A stretch of 49,007 bases of DNA from Flavobacteriaceae bacterium. GTDB taxonomy: Bacteria > Bacteroidota > Bacteroidia > Flavobacteriales > Flavobacteriaceae. Below, piece by piece: positions 38,308 through 48,292 of this stretch. A program made the translations under genes and the position numbers. The DNA lies in assembly GCA_029268635.1 (NCBI GenBank), contig JAQWNL010000045.1:1-49007 (forward strand), given 5' to 3'. The stretch's first letter is position 1. Each line of letters begins with the position of its first letter. The notes beneath the pieces were generated by a model. The model saw nothing but the letters and a program-made list of their open reading frames with translations. It was not told where the DNA came from and searched no databases.

Positions 38308-39879
38308 ATGTCAAAACCTATAACGATGAGGTATTCAAAATTCTTAATTGTTGTATTTGCTACTTTAGGAGTAGTTTCTTTTCTCTTTTTAGCTTGTTCT
38401 ACAACCACAAAAAAGTCTAATCAAAAATTAGAGGATATTCCTTTTATTCCCCTAGCTCAAGAAATTGAAAGTTCAAACTCATTTCTTTTAATTAATGATT
38501 TGAGTTCGATTCAAATAAAAGTTAAATCTGAAAGGATTAATGTTGCTCTTAATGATTTTAAAAATTTTTGGAAAGAACAAACATCTTATGAAATACCAAT
38601 TAATAATAGTGTAAATGATAACTTAAAATATATTAAATTAGAATTAAATCCTAATTCAGAAACATCAAAAGAATTTTATCAGCTGAGAATTAATGAAAAA
38701 GGAATAGAAATTAAATCAAATAGTGAGGAAGGTTTATTTAGAGGTTTAACAACTTTAAAGCAAGTAGTTATTTTTTCTGATATTAAAAATAATATCAAAA
38801 CACTACCAACAGGAATCATAAATGATTTTACTAGTTATGAGTATAGAGGGTCTATGATGGATGTTGCTCGTCATTTTTTTGATGTAGAGGATGTTAAAAG
38901 ATATATCGACGTATTAAGCTTATATAAGTTTAACTTTCTTCACCTTCACCTATCTGATGACCAGGGATGGCGAATAGAGATTAATAAATGGCCAAAACTA
39001 ACTACAATAGGAGGTGAAAAAGAAGTAGGAGGAACAAATGGAGGATTCTATACTCAGGAAGAATATAAAGAACTAGTTAATTATGCACATAATAAATTTA
39101 TCACAATAGTTCCTGAAATTGATGTTCCTGGACACACTAACGCTGCCTTGGCTTCATATCCAGAATTAAATTGTGATGGAATAAGTCCTAAAATTTATAC
39201 TGGAACAGAGGTTGGATTTAGTTCGCTTTGTGCTCAAAGAAAAGAAACATATACATTTTTAAAAGATGTAGTTAATGAAATTTCTCTTTTAACAAAAGGT
39301 CCTTATTTTCATATTGGGGGAGATGAATCTTATAAAACTTCAAAGGAAGATTTTATACAAATTATTGATTCAGTTATATCATATGTTCATAACAATAATA
39401 AAATACCCATTACTTGGAATAATGAGGTTAAAAATGCAGAAATTGCTCAATTTTGGTATTTAAAAAATGATCTTCCTGTTGAAATAGCAGATGATCTTAT
39501 TGCTCTTAAAAAGAGTAAAAAAATAATATATTCACCAGCTAATAAAGCATATCTTGATATGAAATACGATAGCTTAAGCAAATTTGGTTTAACCTGGCAA
39601 GGATATATATCTGTCAAAAATGCTTATGAATGGGATCCGAAAATTATAGCAACTCAATTAAATTTAAATGAAATTGATATTCTTGGAATTGAAGCGCCAA
39701 TTTGGTCAGAAACGATAAGTTCTTTTGACGAATTGGCTTATTTAGTATTTCCAAGATTATTAGGACACTCCGAAATTGGATGGACTTCAAATGAAAACAG
39801 AAAATGGGAGGCTTACATTCAAAGATTAGAAAAACACAAAATATATTTAAAATCTATAAATATTGAATCACCATATTAA
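38308..39879 (+). CDS. GH20 beta-N-acetylhexosaminidase (lipoprotein)
   Basis: Lipobox FLAC; DVARHF, HLHLSDDQGWR, PEIDVPGH, catalytic HIGGDE, WSE. Confidence 0.95.
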   Translation: MSKPITMRYSKFLIVVFATLGVVSFLFLACSTTTKKSNQKLEDIPFIPLAQEIESSNSFLLINDLSSIQIKVKSERINVALNDFKNFWKEQTSYEIPINNSVNDNLKYIKLELNPNSETSKEFYQLRINEKGIEIKSNSEEGLFRGLTTLKQVVIFSDIKNNIKTLPTGIINDFTSYEYRGSMMDVARHFFDVEDVKRYIDVLSLYKFNFLHLHLSDDQGWRIEINKWPKLTTIGGEKEVGGTNGGFYTQEEYKELVNYAHNKFITIVPEIDVPGHTNAALASYPELNCDGISPKIYTGTEVGFSSLCAQRKETYTFLKDVVNEISLLTKGPYFHIGGDESYKTSKEDFIQIIDSVISYVHNNNKIPITWNNEVKNAEIAQFWYLKNDLPVEIADDLIALKKSKKIIYSPANKAYLDMKYDSLSKFGLTWQGYISVKNAYEWDPKIIATQLNLNEIDILGIEAPIWSETISSFDELAYLVFPRLLGHSEIGWTSNENRKWEAYIQRLEKHKIYLKSINIESPY

Positions 39880-40218
39880 ATAATTAAAGAATCTAAAAGA
39901 GTTAGAGAGAACTTTAAAGTAAAAACACTATCCCAAAAATTCGATGAAGTTAAAAACATCAAAAAAGAAAAGGATAAAAGGGTAAAGTACATCAAAGAAA
40001 AGAATAAGATATATATGGGTTACTCCGATAATGTGATTGCCATATCATCTAATTTTAAAAAAAAATATACAAAAATAGTCTGATATTAACCCGATGGTAT
40101 TGTACAAAAACGAATAAGAACGTGTTTCAACGTATTTAAAGCAATGCTAGTATATATAATATTTAAGGAGTGTTTTAAGTATTTAATACCTTAAAAGAGT
40201 ACTGTAGTTTGGGTTGTT

Positions 40219-40256
40219 AAAAAAAAGTCCGTTAATTTTATTTTAATGGACTTTTT
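40219..40256 (-). terminator. Intrinsic terminator after hpf
   Basis: aaaaagtccgttaa...ttaatggacttttt hairpin with A/T tails. Confidence 0.7.
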
Positions 40257-40289
40257 AATAGTTATTTTTTGCATTATTTGACATACAAA

Positions 40290-40589
40290 TTAGTGTTTTT
40301 TATAAGTTGCTTTTCTTTTTTGTAATTGCTTAGTTAAATCACTAATAGAATTTTTTGCAGCCAATTCAAAATTTCTCTCTTTAGAAGAAGCAAACACTTT
40401 AGGGCCAGGTATACTTAGTTCTATTTCACAAATATGACTATCTTCTCTAGGATCGTTTTCTGATTTAAAAAATACATTTGCATTGATGATAAAATCAAAT
40501 TTATTACCTAATTTATTTAGTTTTTTAGTTACATAATCAGTCATTGTTTTACTGGTTAGCATTTTAACATATTGAATATTTATTGTCAT
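40290..40589 (-). CDS. hpf: Ribosome hibernation promoting factor (HPF/RaiA family)
   Basis: MTINIQYV...KKLNKL...CEIELSIPGPKVFASS...QLQKRK. Confidence 0.88.
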   Translation of the reverse strand: MTINIQYVKMLTSKTMTDYVTKKLNKLGNKFDFIINANVFFKSENDPREDSHICEIELSIPGPKVFASSKERNFELAAKNSISDLTKQLQKRKATYKKH

Positions 40590-40839
40590 AGTATATAATA
40601 TTTAGATTAATATCTAAATTTAACCTTTTTGGGTAAAATAATTCATGATATTTATAAGAAATAACAGAAGATTAACTAATTGTAAACCTAATTTCTTTAA
40701 TATAATAAGAATCCACTTTATTATTAATAAAGACTTATTTTTGTCATTGAAAAAACAAAGAAAAAATGCCTAAGCGATGTTGAAGGGAATACACCCTAGA
40801 ATCTTTAAATAGTTTGTCTTTGAATTAATATTACTATCT

Positions 40840-41925
40840 ATGTCTGAATTGGATTTTTTATCGAAAAAGTATACCAACGTTTTTGAAAACGGAACCCTAA
40901 CTTGGGAATCACCAAGTAATATCGCATTGATAAAATATTGGGGGAAATATGGAGACCAGTTACCAGCTAACCCCTCTATAAGTTTTACATTAAATAATTG
41001 TAAAACAACGACCGAATTAAAATTTCAATTAAAAGAAAAACCTTCTCAAGAATTTGAGTTTGAGGTCTATTTTGAAGGAAAGAAGTCAAAAGATTTTAAA
41101 CCTAAAATTGAAAATTTGTTTAAAAGAGTTGAAAAATACCTGCCTTTTGTAACTAAGTATGCATTTGAAATAAATACCGCCAATACGTTCCCACATAGCA
41201 GTGGTATTGCTTCTTCAGCAAGCGGAATGAGCGCCTTGGCTTGTTGTTTGATAGCTTTGGAAAAGTCATTAACTAATGAGCAATTAACCGAAGAATACTG
41301 GATTCAAAAAACATCTTTTATTGCTCGATTAGGTTCGGGATCTGCTTGTAGAAGTTTAGAAGGAGATCTAGTGGTTTGGGGAGAACATTCAAACATAAAA
41401 GGAAGTTCAAATCTATTCGGAATTAAATATCCCTATAAAGTACATAAGAATTTTAATAATTATCAAGATACTATTTTGTTGGTCGATAAAGGTGAAAAGC
41501 AAGTAAGTAGTTCTGTTGGGCATAATTTAATGCATAACCATCCATTTGCTGAAAAACGTTTTGAGCAGGCTCAAGAAAATATAACTAAGATGATATCAAT
41601 TTTAGAAAGCGGAACCCTTTCAGAGTTTATCAAAATTGTCGAAAGTGAAGCCTTGATACTTCATGCGATGATGATGACATCGATGCCTTATTTTATTTTA
41701 ATGAAACCAAATACCTTGGAAATAATTAATAAAATATGGAGCTATAGAAATGAGACCGACAGTAAGGTTTGTTTTACTTTGGATGCAGGTGCTAATGTTC
41801 ATTTACTATATCCTGAACATGAAAAAGATACTGTTTTGGAATTTATTAAAAATGAGTTAGTTGCTTATTGTCAGAATGAGCAGTATATTTCCGATCAAAT
41901 TGGATTTGGAGCAAAAAAATTGTAA
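40840..41925 (+). CDS. mvaD: Diphosphomevalonate decarboxylase
   Basis: SPSNIALIKYWGK, PHSSGIASSASG, RLGSGSACRS and TLDAGANVH. Confidence 0.93.
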   Translation: MSELDFLSKKYTNVFENGTLTWESPSNIALIKYWGKYGDQLPANPSISFTLNNCKTTTELKFQLKEKPSQEFEFEVYFEGKKSKDFKPKIENLFKRVEKYLPFVTKYAFEINTANTFPHSSGIASSASGMSALACCLIALEKSLTNEQLTEEYWIQKTSFIARLGSGSACRSLEGDLVVWGEHSNIKGSSNLFGIKYPYKVHKNFNNYQDTILLVDKGEKQVSSSVGHNLMHNHPFAEKRFEQAQENITKMISILESGTLSEFIKIVESEALILHAMMMTSMPYFILMKPNTLEIINKIWSYRNETDSKVCFTLDAGANVHLLYPEHEKDTVLEFIKNELVAYCQNEQYISDQIGFGAKKL

Positions 41926-41950
41926 ATTTAACAAGCCAAACAAAACATAA

Positions 41951-42889
41951 ATGTACGGACCGTTATTTTATTCAAAAATATTACTCTTTGGTGAGTATGG
42001 GATTATTAAAGATTCTAAAGGACTTTCTATTCCTTATAATTTTTATAATGGAGCTTTAAAAATTGATACCCTTCATAACGAATCTACTTATAAATCCAAT
42101 CAAAGTTTAAAACGATTTTCGGTATATCTTGAAAATCTTCAAAAAGAAGAATTAACTTTAGTTTCTTTTAATATAGAAAGACTAAAGTCAGCTATTGAAG
42201 CTGGTTTGTATTTTGATTCAAGTATCCCAGAAGGATACGGAGTAGGAAGTAGTGGTGCTTTAGTAGCAGCTATTTATGATAAATATGCTTCAGATAAAAT
42301 TACCATTCTTGAAAATTTAACTAGAGAAAAGTTGCTAACTTTAAAATCTATTTTTTCAAAAATGGAATCTTTTTTCCACGGTAAATCTTCTGGATTAGAT
42401 CCATTAAATAGTTATTTAAGTTTGCCTATTTTAATTAATTCTCAAGATAATATTGAGCCAGCAGGCATTCCATCTCAAAAGCAAGATGGGAAAGGAGCTG
42501 TATTTTTATTAGATACTGGTATAACTGGAAAAACAGCACCGATGGTTCAAATTTTTATGGAAAACATGAAACAAGAAGGTTTTCGTAAAATGATTACAAA
42601 TAAGTTTGTAAAAAGTACAGATGCCTGTGTTTCTGACTTTTTACAAGGAAATGCAAAGTCCTTGTTTGGTAATGTAAAAGAGCTTTCAAAAGTTGTTTTT
42701 GAAAACTTTAAACCTATGATTCCGGAAGAGTTTCATACACTTTGGAAAAATGGAATTGAAACTAATGCTTACTATCTAAAACTTTGTGGTTCTGGAGGTG
42801 GTGGTTATATGTTAGGTTTTACAGAAGATATTGTAAAAGCAAAACGAGTCCTTAAAGATTATAAACTTGAGATAGTCTATAGTCTATAG
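41951..42889 (+). CDS. mvk: Mevalonate kinase (GHMP family)
   Basis: KILLFGEY, IPEGYGVGSSGA, HGKSSGLD and KLCGSGGGG. Confidence 0.88.
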   Translation: MYGPLFYSKILLFGEYGIIKDSKGLSIPYNFYNGALKIDTLHNESTYKSNQSLKRFSVYLENLQKEELTLVSFNIERLKSAIEAGLYFDSSIPEGYGVGSSGALVAAIYDKYASDKITILENLTREKLLTLKSIFSKMESFFHGKSSGLDPLNSYLSLPILINSQDNIEPAGIPSQKQDGKGAVFLLDTGITGKTAPMVQIFMENMKQEGFRKMITNKFVKSTDACVSDFLQGNAKSLFGNVKELSKVVFENFKPMIPEEFHTLWKNGIETNAYYLKLCGSGGGGYMLGFTEDIVKAKRVLKDYKLEIVYSL

Positions 42890-42902
42890 TTTATAGTTTA
42901 TA
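42872..42902 (+). repeat. Heptamer tandem repeat (ATAGTYT x4) across the mvk stop codon
   Basis: atagtct atagtct atagttt atagttt ata. Confidence 0.7.
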
Positions 42903-42914
42903 ATAATCTTTTTC

Positions 42915-43811
42915 ATGTTAAATAGAAAGCAAAAATACTTTTTTCTTAAGTTATTCAGTTTGTTTTCTATTATTAGAGGTTATAATGTGTTGATTATTGT
43001 CTTGGCACAATATTTAACATCTATTTATATTCTTGAACCCTATATATCTGTCAAAGAGATCATATTTGATGTCAATTTGTTTATGATTGTATTAGCTTCT
43101 GCAAGTGCTATCGCTTCAGGGTATATTATAAATAATTTTTACGACAGTGATAAAGATTTAATAAATCGACCAGAGAAAACAATGTTGGATCGTTTAGTAA
43201 GCCAAAATACTAAATTGACCGCCTATTTTGTTTTAAATTTTTTGTCAGTAATTTTTGCTAGTTGTGTTTCTTTTAAAGCGTTGCTATTTTTCTCCTTTTA
43301 TATTTTTGGAATATGGTTTTATTCTCATAAACTTAAAAAATATCCATTCGTTGGAAATTTTGTAGCAGCTATCTTAGCTGTAATTCCATTTTTTGCGGTG
43401 TTTATTTATTATAAGAATTTCGATTTTGTCATATTTGTCTATGCCACCTTTCTTTTCATTATTATCTCCATGAGAGAATTGGTAAAAGATTTAGAAAACT
43501 TAAAAGGAGATCTTGCTCAGAATTACCGAACTATTCCTGTGCTTTATGGAGATCTGGTTTCAAAAAAAACGCTTACTTTGTTATGCTTGTTTGCGTTAAT
43601 ACCTAGTTATTTATTGATTTTTAAATATAATGTAGGCTATATGGTTTTCTTTTTCTACGGAAGTATAATTGCCTTATTTATATTTGTAATAATATTATGG
43701 AAATCAAATAAAAAACTTCACTATCTACTGTTGCATAATATTCTTAAATTTATTATTGTTGTGGGCGTTTTTAGTATCGCATTTATAAATGTGAATAGAA
43801 TTTCTTTATAG
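42915..43811 (+). CDS. UbiA-family prenyltransferase (DGGGP-synthase-like)
   Basis: GYIINNFYDSDKDLINRP and RELVKDLENLKGD; multiple TM segments. Confidence 0.88.
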   Translation: MLNRKQKYFFLKLFSLFSIIRGYNVLIIVLAQYLTSIYILEPYISVKEIIFDVNLFMIVLASASAIASGYIINNFYDSDKDLINRPEKTMLDRLVSQNTKLTAYFVLNFLSVIFASCVSFKALLFFSFYIFGIWFYSHKLKKYPFVGNFVAAILAVIPFFAVFIYYKNFDFVIFVYATFLFIIISMRELVKDLENLKGDLAQNYRTIPVLYGDLVSKKTLTLLCLFALIPSYLLIFKYNVGYMVFFFYGSIIALFIFVIILWKSNKKLHYLLLHNILKFIIVVGVFSIAFINVNRISL

Positions 43812-43953
43812 TTAAAAATTTGAGTCCAATCGTTTATCAATCTTTTCTCCATAACATTAATTGCTCCTATAAAATAGTATCCAACTTTAGGTTTTAAAAT
43901 TAATTAGGAATTCGTATTTTTACTTTTGATGCATCAAACCCATTGACATTCAT

Positions 43954-43961
43954 TACCTTTG
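43954..43961 (+). promoter_or_regulatory. Bacteroidota -7 element
   Basis: TACCTTTG 43 bp upstream of ATG 44005. Confidence 0.5.
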
Positions 43962-44004
43962 CAAAAAATTAAAAAGAAGCTATCCAGATAGTAAGGTAAC
44001 AAAT

Positions 44005-44844
44005 ATGAGCAAGCAGAAAGATAATAAGCGTATAGGAAAATCATTAGATAAAGAAAAAAGAATGAAACCTTTTGGGAAGGATACTCGTGGTAAAAAACCT
44101 AAAGAAACTCTTCAAAATAAACCTTCAAAGCCTTCGAATCCTTCGAGTGGTATTCGTTTAAATAAATACATCGCAAATTCTGGAATTTGTTCTCGAAGAG
44201 AAGCAGACATGTACATTCAAGTTGGGAGTGTTTCTGTAAATGGTTCTGTTGTCAGTGAAATGGGTTTTAAAGTAAAATCTAATGATGAAGTGAAATTTGA
44301 CGGAAGAAAAATTAGTCCCGAAGCAAAAAAATATGTATTGCTTAATAAACCTAAAGGATTTGCAACTACTACTAGTGATAATAAAGGGAACACAGTGATG
44401 GATTTAGTAGCGAATGCTTCTAGTATTCCTCTTCATCCCATCGGGAGATTAGGTCGCAATGCAACAGGTTTGTTGTTGTTTACCAATGATGATGATTTTA
44501 TGCAAAAATTTACGCGTCGAGGTGTCACTCGTTTGTTTCATATTGAATTGGATAAAAATCTAAAATCTGAAGATATTCAACGCATCAAGGAAGGACTTAA
44601 AATTGATGGAAAAACTATTGATGTTGAAGAGGTGAGTTGGGTAAACAATGCTCCAAAAAAAGAAGTAGGTTTAAAAATAAAACATATTGGGAATAGTGTG
44701 ATACGAACTATTTTTGATCACTTAAACTATAACGTAGTAAAAGTAGACTGTGTAACAATTGGACCACTAACCAAAAAAGATTTACCTCGGGGTCGTTGGA
44801 GAGATTTAAACGAGCTAGAAATGAATAACTTTAGTATGCTTTAA
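44005..44844 (+). CDS. RsuA/RluB-family pseudouridine-synthase-like protein with S4 domain; catalytic Asp absent
   Basis: RLNKYIANSGICSRREAD (S4), LLNKPKG, IGRLGRNATGLLLFTND, LPRGRWRDL. Confidence 0.88.
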   Translation: MSKQKDNKRIGKSLDKEKRMKPFGKDTRGKKPKETLQNKPSKPSNPSSGIRLNKYIANSGICSRREADMYIQVGSVSVNGSVVSEMGFKVKSNDEVKFDGRKISPEAKKYVLLNKPKGFATTTSDNKGNTVMDLVANASSIPLHPIGRLGRNATGLLLFTNDDDFMQKFTRRGVTRLFHIELDKNLKSEDIQRIKEGLKIDGKTIDVEEVSWVNNAPKKEVGLKIKHIGNSVIRTIFDHLNYNVVKVDCVTIGPLTKKDLPRGRWRDLNELEMNNFSML

Positions 44845-45159
44845 TAAATTTATAACTCTTAAAATTTACTTATCGCAAGCTTCTTCATTATCTTTTGTTA
44901 AATGCGCAATCGTTTTAACATTGTGATTGAGTATGGTGACAATGGGAATCGATTTATAAAAATAGAAAAGCGATTCTTATGAAAGTGTTGCGAATCAATT
45001 GGATGAAATTTCAAATTGAGAAAAAATATTAAATCAACTCCTATAAAAACAATAGTCAGAGGATTTATCATTCAATCTAAATCGTTTTCTGATGAAGAAA
45101 AAATAGAATTTAATTAAATACATCTAAAAGTGTCGGATAGAAGTTCGTTTGAACATAAA

Positions 45160-46311
45160 ATGAAAACTCTTAAAATATGTGTAATCATACCCATATATAT
45201 TAATGAGTGCACTTTAAAAATAGTCATAGATGGAGTATTAGAAATTACAAAAGATTTAATTGTTATTATTAATGGTGCTACCGATGCTACTTTTAGAATT
45301 TTAAAAACATATACAGACATAACACAGATCTCTTTAACAAAAAACAAAGGAAACGCTTTGCAAATTGCTTTTAAAAAAGCCGAAGCGCTAGGATACGATT
45401 TTGCCATCACATTAAAAACTGATGGGCAGTATTATCTTGAAGATATATCGGTATTTGTTAATCAACTACAATTTGAAACTAATAAAAACCTTCTTCTTAT
45501 TGGGTCTACAAATAGGTATCAAAAAACGGTTTCTGGCAGAATGAGTTTTACTGATAAACTTTCAATTTTTTTATATAAACTTCAAACGGGTGTTCAATTA
45601 AAAAATACGCAATCGGGATTTCGTTTATACCCTTTAAAAGAATTGAATAAAATTAAATTTTTTACGACCAAGTCTGAATTTGAAATTGAAACTATAGTTA
45701 AAGCAGCATGGAGGGGAATTTCAGTAAAAAACGTTCCGATTAAAACATCAATCGACCGTCAAGAAAGAGTAACTTATTTTAAATCAATCAAAGGTTTTTT
45801 AAGAATAAGTTTATTAAATACTTGGTTCATTATAATAGCATTCCTGTATATAAAACCACGTAATTTAATACGGAAATTTAGGAAAAAAGGAATTCGACGA
45901 TTTATAAAAGAAGAACTATTAGGAAATAATGAATCTCCACTAAAGAGTGCTCAGGCAATAGCATTAGGAGTTTTTATTGGTTTAACTCCGCTCTGGGGAT
46001 TTCATACTATATTGGTGCTTTCATTAGCAGTATTATTTAAATTAAATAAAGCGATATCTTTTGCTTTTACCAATGTTAGTTTTCCACCTTTTATTCCCTT
46101 TACAGTTTATGCAGGGATCATGATAGGTAACAATGTTTTAGGGGAGCCCACCGATTATTCATTTGCAGATTTTGAAGAAAATTTTGAATTTGTTAAGAGT
46201 TTAAAAACCTATGTAGTTGGAAGTTTTATTTTAGCATCTGTAGTATCTGTTATGCTGGGTATAGTAGCTTATTTCTTATTATCTTTATATAATAAGAAAA
46301 AGAACCATTAA
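45160..46311 (+). CDS. GT2-like domain (degenerate) fused to DUF2062
   Basis: CVIIPIY, KGNAL, TQSGFRLYP, EFEIE; C-terminal AIALGVFIGLTPLWGFHT and NVSFPPFIP. ATG 45160 preferred over GTG 45130. Confidence 0.85.
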   Translation: MKTLKICVIIPIYINECTLKIVIDGVLEITKDLIVIINGATDATFRILKTYTDITQISLTKNKGNALQIAFKKAEALGYDFAITLKTDGQYYLEDISVFVNQLQFETNKNLLLIGSTNRYQKTVSGRMSFTDKLSIFLYKLQTGVQLKNTQSGFRLYPLKELNKIKFFTTKSEFEIETIVKAAWRGISVKNVPIKTSIDRQERVTYFKSIKGFLRISLLNTWFIIIAFLYIKPRNLIRKFRKKGIRRFIKEELLGNNESPLKSAQAIALGVFIGLTPLWGFHTILVLSLAVLFKLNKAISFAFTNVSFPPFIPFTVYAGIMIGNNVLGEPTDYSFADFEENFEFVKSLKTYVVGSFILASVVSVMLGIVAYFLLSLYNKKKNH

Positions 46312-46387
46312 AATTGGATTCCTATTTTTATAAACTATACAATTATATTTCATTTTGGTTAAAAGAATAAGCGCTACCAAACATTTC

Positions 46388-46510
46388 CTACATTTTAGTC
46401 ACCTTACTTACATCCCAATCACCAATGGGTTGATTAAAAGAAGATTTTTTGTAAAATAGTTTCCTCATATTAGTTACTTTAGAGTTATCCCATTTAGAAA
46501 TGTGTATAAT
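46388..46510 (-). pseudogene. Fragment of a BspA/DUF285 repeat surface protein
   Basis: ISKWDNSKVTNMRKLFYKKSSFNQPIGDWDVSKVTKM: about 1.5 DUF285 repeats with no proper start. Confidence 0.75.
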
Positions 46511-46616
46511 ATAAATGGGAAAAAGGGCTTGCAATTGAATTAAAAAATATAAAAAAATTTGTGATCGGAACACATAAAGCAACTGAACTAAAAAATATGA
46601 TAGAAAAAATGCCAGT

Positions 46617-46756
46617 TGCCAACACCAAATGAAATTAATTATAAGTGCAAGTGCAAGTATGGTTACAAAAGTCCTTGCAGACTTTCTATCGGTATTTTAT
46701 TTACTAACTTTAATGCTTATATTACTTAAAAAAAACCTTAGAAAAACACGTTTTGT
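46617..46756 (+). repeat. Long attC-like repeat, degenerate, homologous to the reverse complement of 32487-32618
   Basis: TGCCAACacc...aattaatt...atggttac...tttctat...ttttatttactaacttt...aaccttagaaaaacacGTT; VIT1 gene starts 22 bp later. Confidence 0.55.
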
Positions 46757-46778
46757 GTAATTAAAAATAACAGCGTAA

Positions 46779-47483
46779 ATGATAGAAAAAACAGAGGAAT
46801 TAGATTCGTACTACATACACCGAAGCAATTGGATAAGAGCTGCTGTCCTTGGAGCTAATGACGGAATTTTATCAACGGTGAGTATCGCAATTGGAGTTGC
46901 TGCTGCGACTGATGTTAGAGAGCCTGTTATTTTGGCAACATTAGCGGGATTAGTTGCGGGTGCTTTATCAATGGCTGCTGGAGAATACGTTTCTGTAAGT
47001 TCGCAGAGAGACATTGAGAAAGCTGATATCAAACGCAACAAAAAAGAACTTAATGATATGCCCGAAATCGAATTACAACGACTGGTGGAAATTTATAAAA
47101 AAAGAGGTCTAAATAAAAAAACTGCATTAACAGTAGCTAAAGAATTAACGATGCACGATGCTCTGGGCTCACATATTAGAGACGAATTGGGGATTAACGA
47201 AATTAGTCAAGCTAAACCTATACAAGCTGCATTTGCCTCTCTTACAGCATTTACAACAGGAGGATTACTTCCTCTTTTAGTAACGCTTTTTCTACCTTTA
47301 AAGAGCTTGGAATATTCACTTTACGGTTTTGCACTTTTTTTTCTTATTACTTTAGGAGCATTAGCAGCAAAAACTGGCGGTTCAAGTATTGGAAAAGCAA
47401 TTATCCGAATTACATTCTGGGGAACGCTCGCCATGGGATTGACTGCAATAGTTGGTTATTTATTCAATGCTAATGTTGGATAA
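46779..47483 (+). CDS. VIT1/CCC1-family Fe/Mn transporter
   Basis: RAAVLGANDGI, AGALSMAAGEYVSVSSQ and HIRDELGI. Confidence 0.93.
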   Translation: MIEKTEELDSYYIHRSNWIRAAVLGANDGILSTVSIAIGVAAATDVREPVILATLAGLVAGALSMAAGEYVSVSSQRDIEKADIKRNKKELNDMPEIELQRLVEIYKKRGLNKKTALTVAKELTMHDALGSHIRDELGINEISQAKPIQAAFASLTAFTTGGLLPLLVTLFLPLKSLEYSLYGFALFFLITLGALAAKTGGSSIGKAIIRITFWGTLAMGLTAIVGYLFNANVG

Positions 47484-47698
47484 AAACGATACACAATAAA
47501 AAATAAAAAGCATTAAAAAGCTTGTTTTATCAATTTAATCTCCTGTAAAATATAATGAAACTCTTTAAAATAAATTAAAGCTTTATCGAATATAAGCTTG
47601 TTAAATGGAATCTTCTATATAGCTATACATTTATAAATATTTGCTATCTTGGCATTAACTTAATAAGGTATAAATACCTTGTAATAATTAAAAAAATA

Positions 47699-48040
47699 AT
47701 GGACAATATAAGGGTATACATCGTGTTTGTTGCTAAAATAATAGAAACCATAGGAGTCTTAACTATTTTTCTTGGTTTGCTATACTCTTTACTAGTGTTT
47801 CTGATAGGCATTGCTAAAAAGAAATTAAACCAATTAGAAAAACTAAGACAAACTATTGGAAAATCAATTCTGTTAGGGTTAGAGGTTCTTATAGCTGCTG
47901 ATATTATTTTAACAGTTTCAACAGAACCAACCTTAAGGTCTGTGACTATTTTAGGGCTTATCGTACTAGTTCGAACTATTTTAAGTACCTCCTTACAGGT
48001 TGAATTAGAAGGTAGATTTCCTTGGCAAAAAAACAGATAG
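47699..48040 (+). CDS. DUF1622 membrane protein
   Basis: GKSILLGLEVLIAADII, LGLIVLVRTILS and ELEGRFPWQ. Confidence 0.88.
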   Translation: MDNIRVYIVFVAKIIETIGVLTIFLGLLYSLLVFLIGIAKKKLNQLEKLRQTIGKSILLGLEVLIAADIILTVSTEPTLRSVTILGLIVLVRTILSTSLQVELEGRFPWQKNR

Positions 48041-48292
48041 TATAAAAACTATATATTTCTTATCCTTTATTATATGTATTATTAGCAATAGATTTTTTGA
48101 AGTTTAAAACCATTTTTTTTAAAAAAAAATAACAAATACTTGTAATTGTGATTAAAAGTATAATTCCAATCAATATATAATATCCATTTTTAAAATTAAG
48201 TCCTGGCATGTACTTAAAATTCATCTCATAAACTCCAGATAAAAATGTTACTGGAATAAAAATTACAGATTAGTTAGTATTAAAGTTTTAGG

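Noticed and set aside
42872-42902. Phase variation by the heptamer repeat
   Set aside because: Only four imperfect units at the very end of mvk; slippage would change at most the last residues or the intergenic spacing
40840-43811. Archaeal-type ether lipid pathway from mvaD-mvk-DGGGPS-like genes
   Set aside because: This operon is a familiar core arrangement in Flavobacteriaceae; no GGGP synthase or G1P dehydrogenase is in the window
105-47041. Short ORF-track entries overlapping long genes (e.g. 105-287, 5304-5570, 8257-8562, 14186-14440, 15020-15346, 20617-20922, 21214-21555, 29259-29576, 45114-45410, 46811-47041)
   Set aside because: Antisense or alternate-frame shadows of well-supported genes, with no motifs of their own
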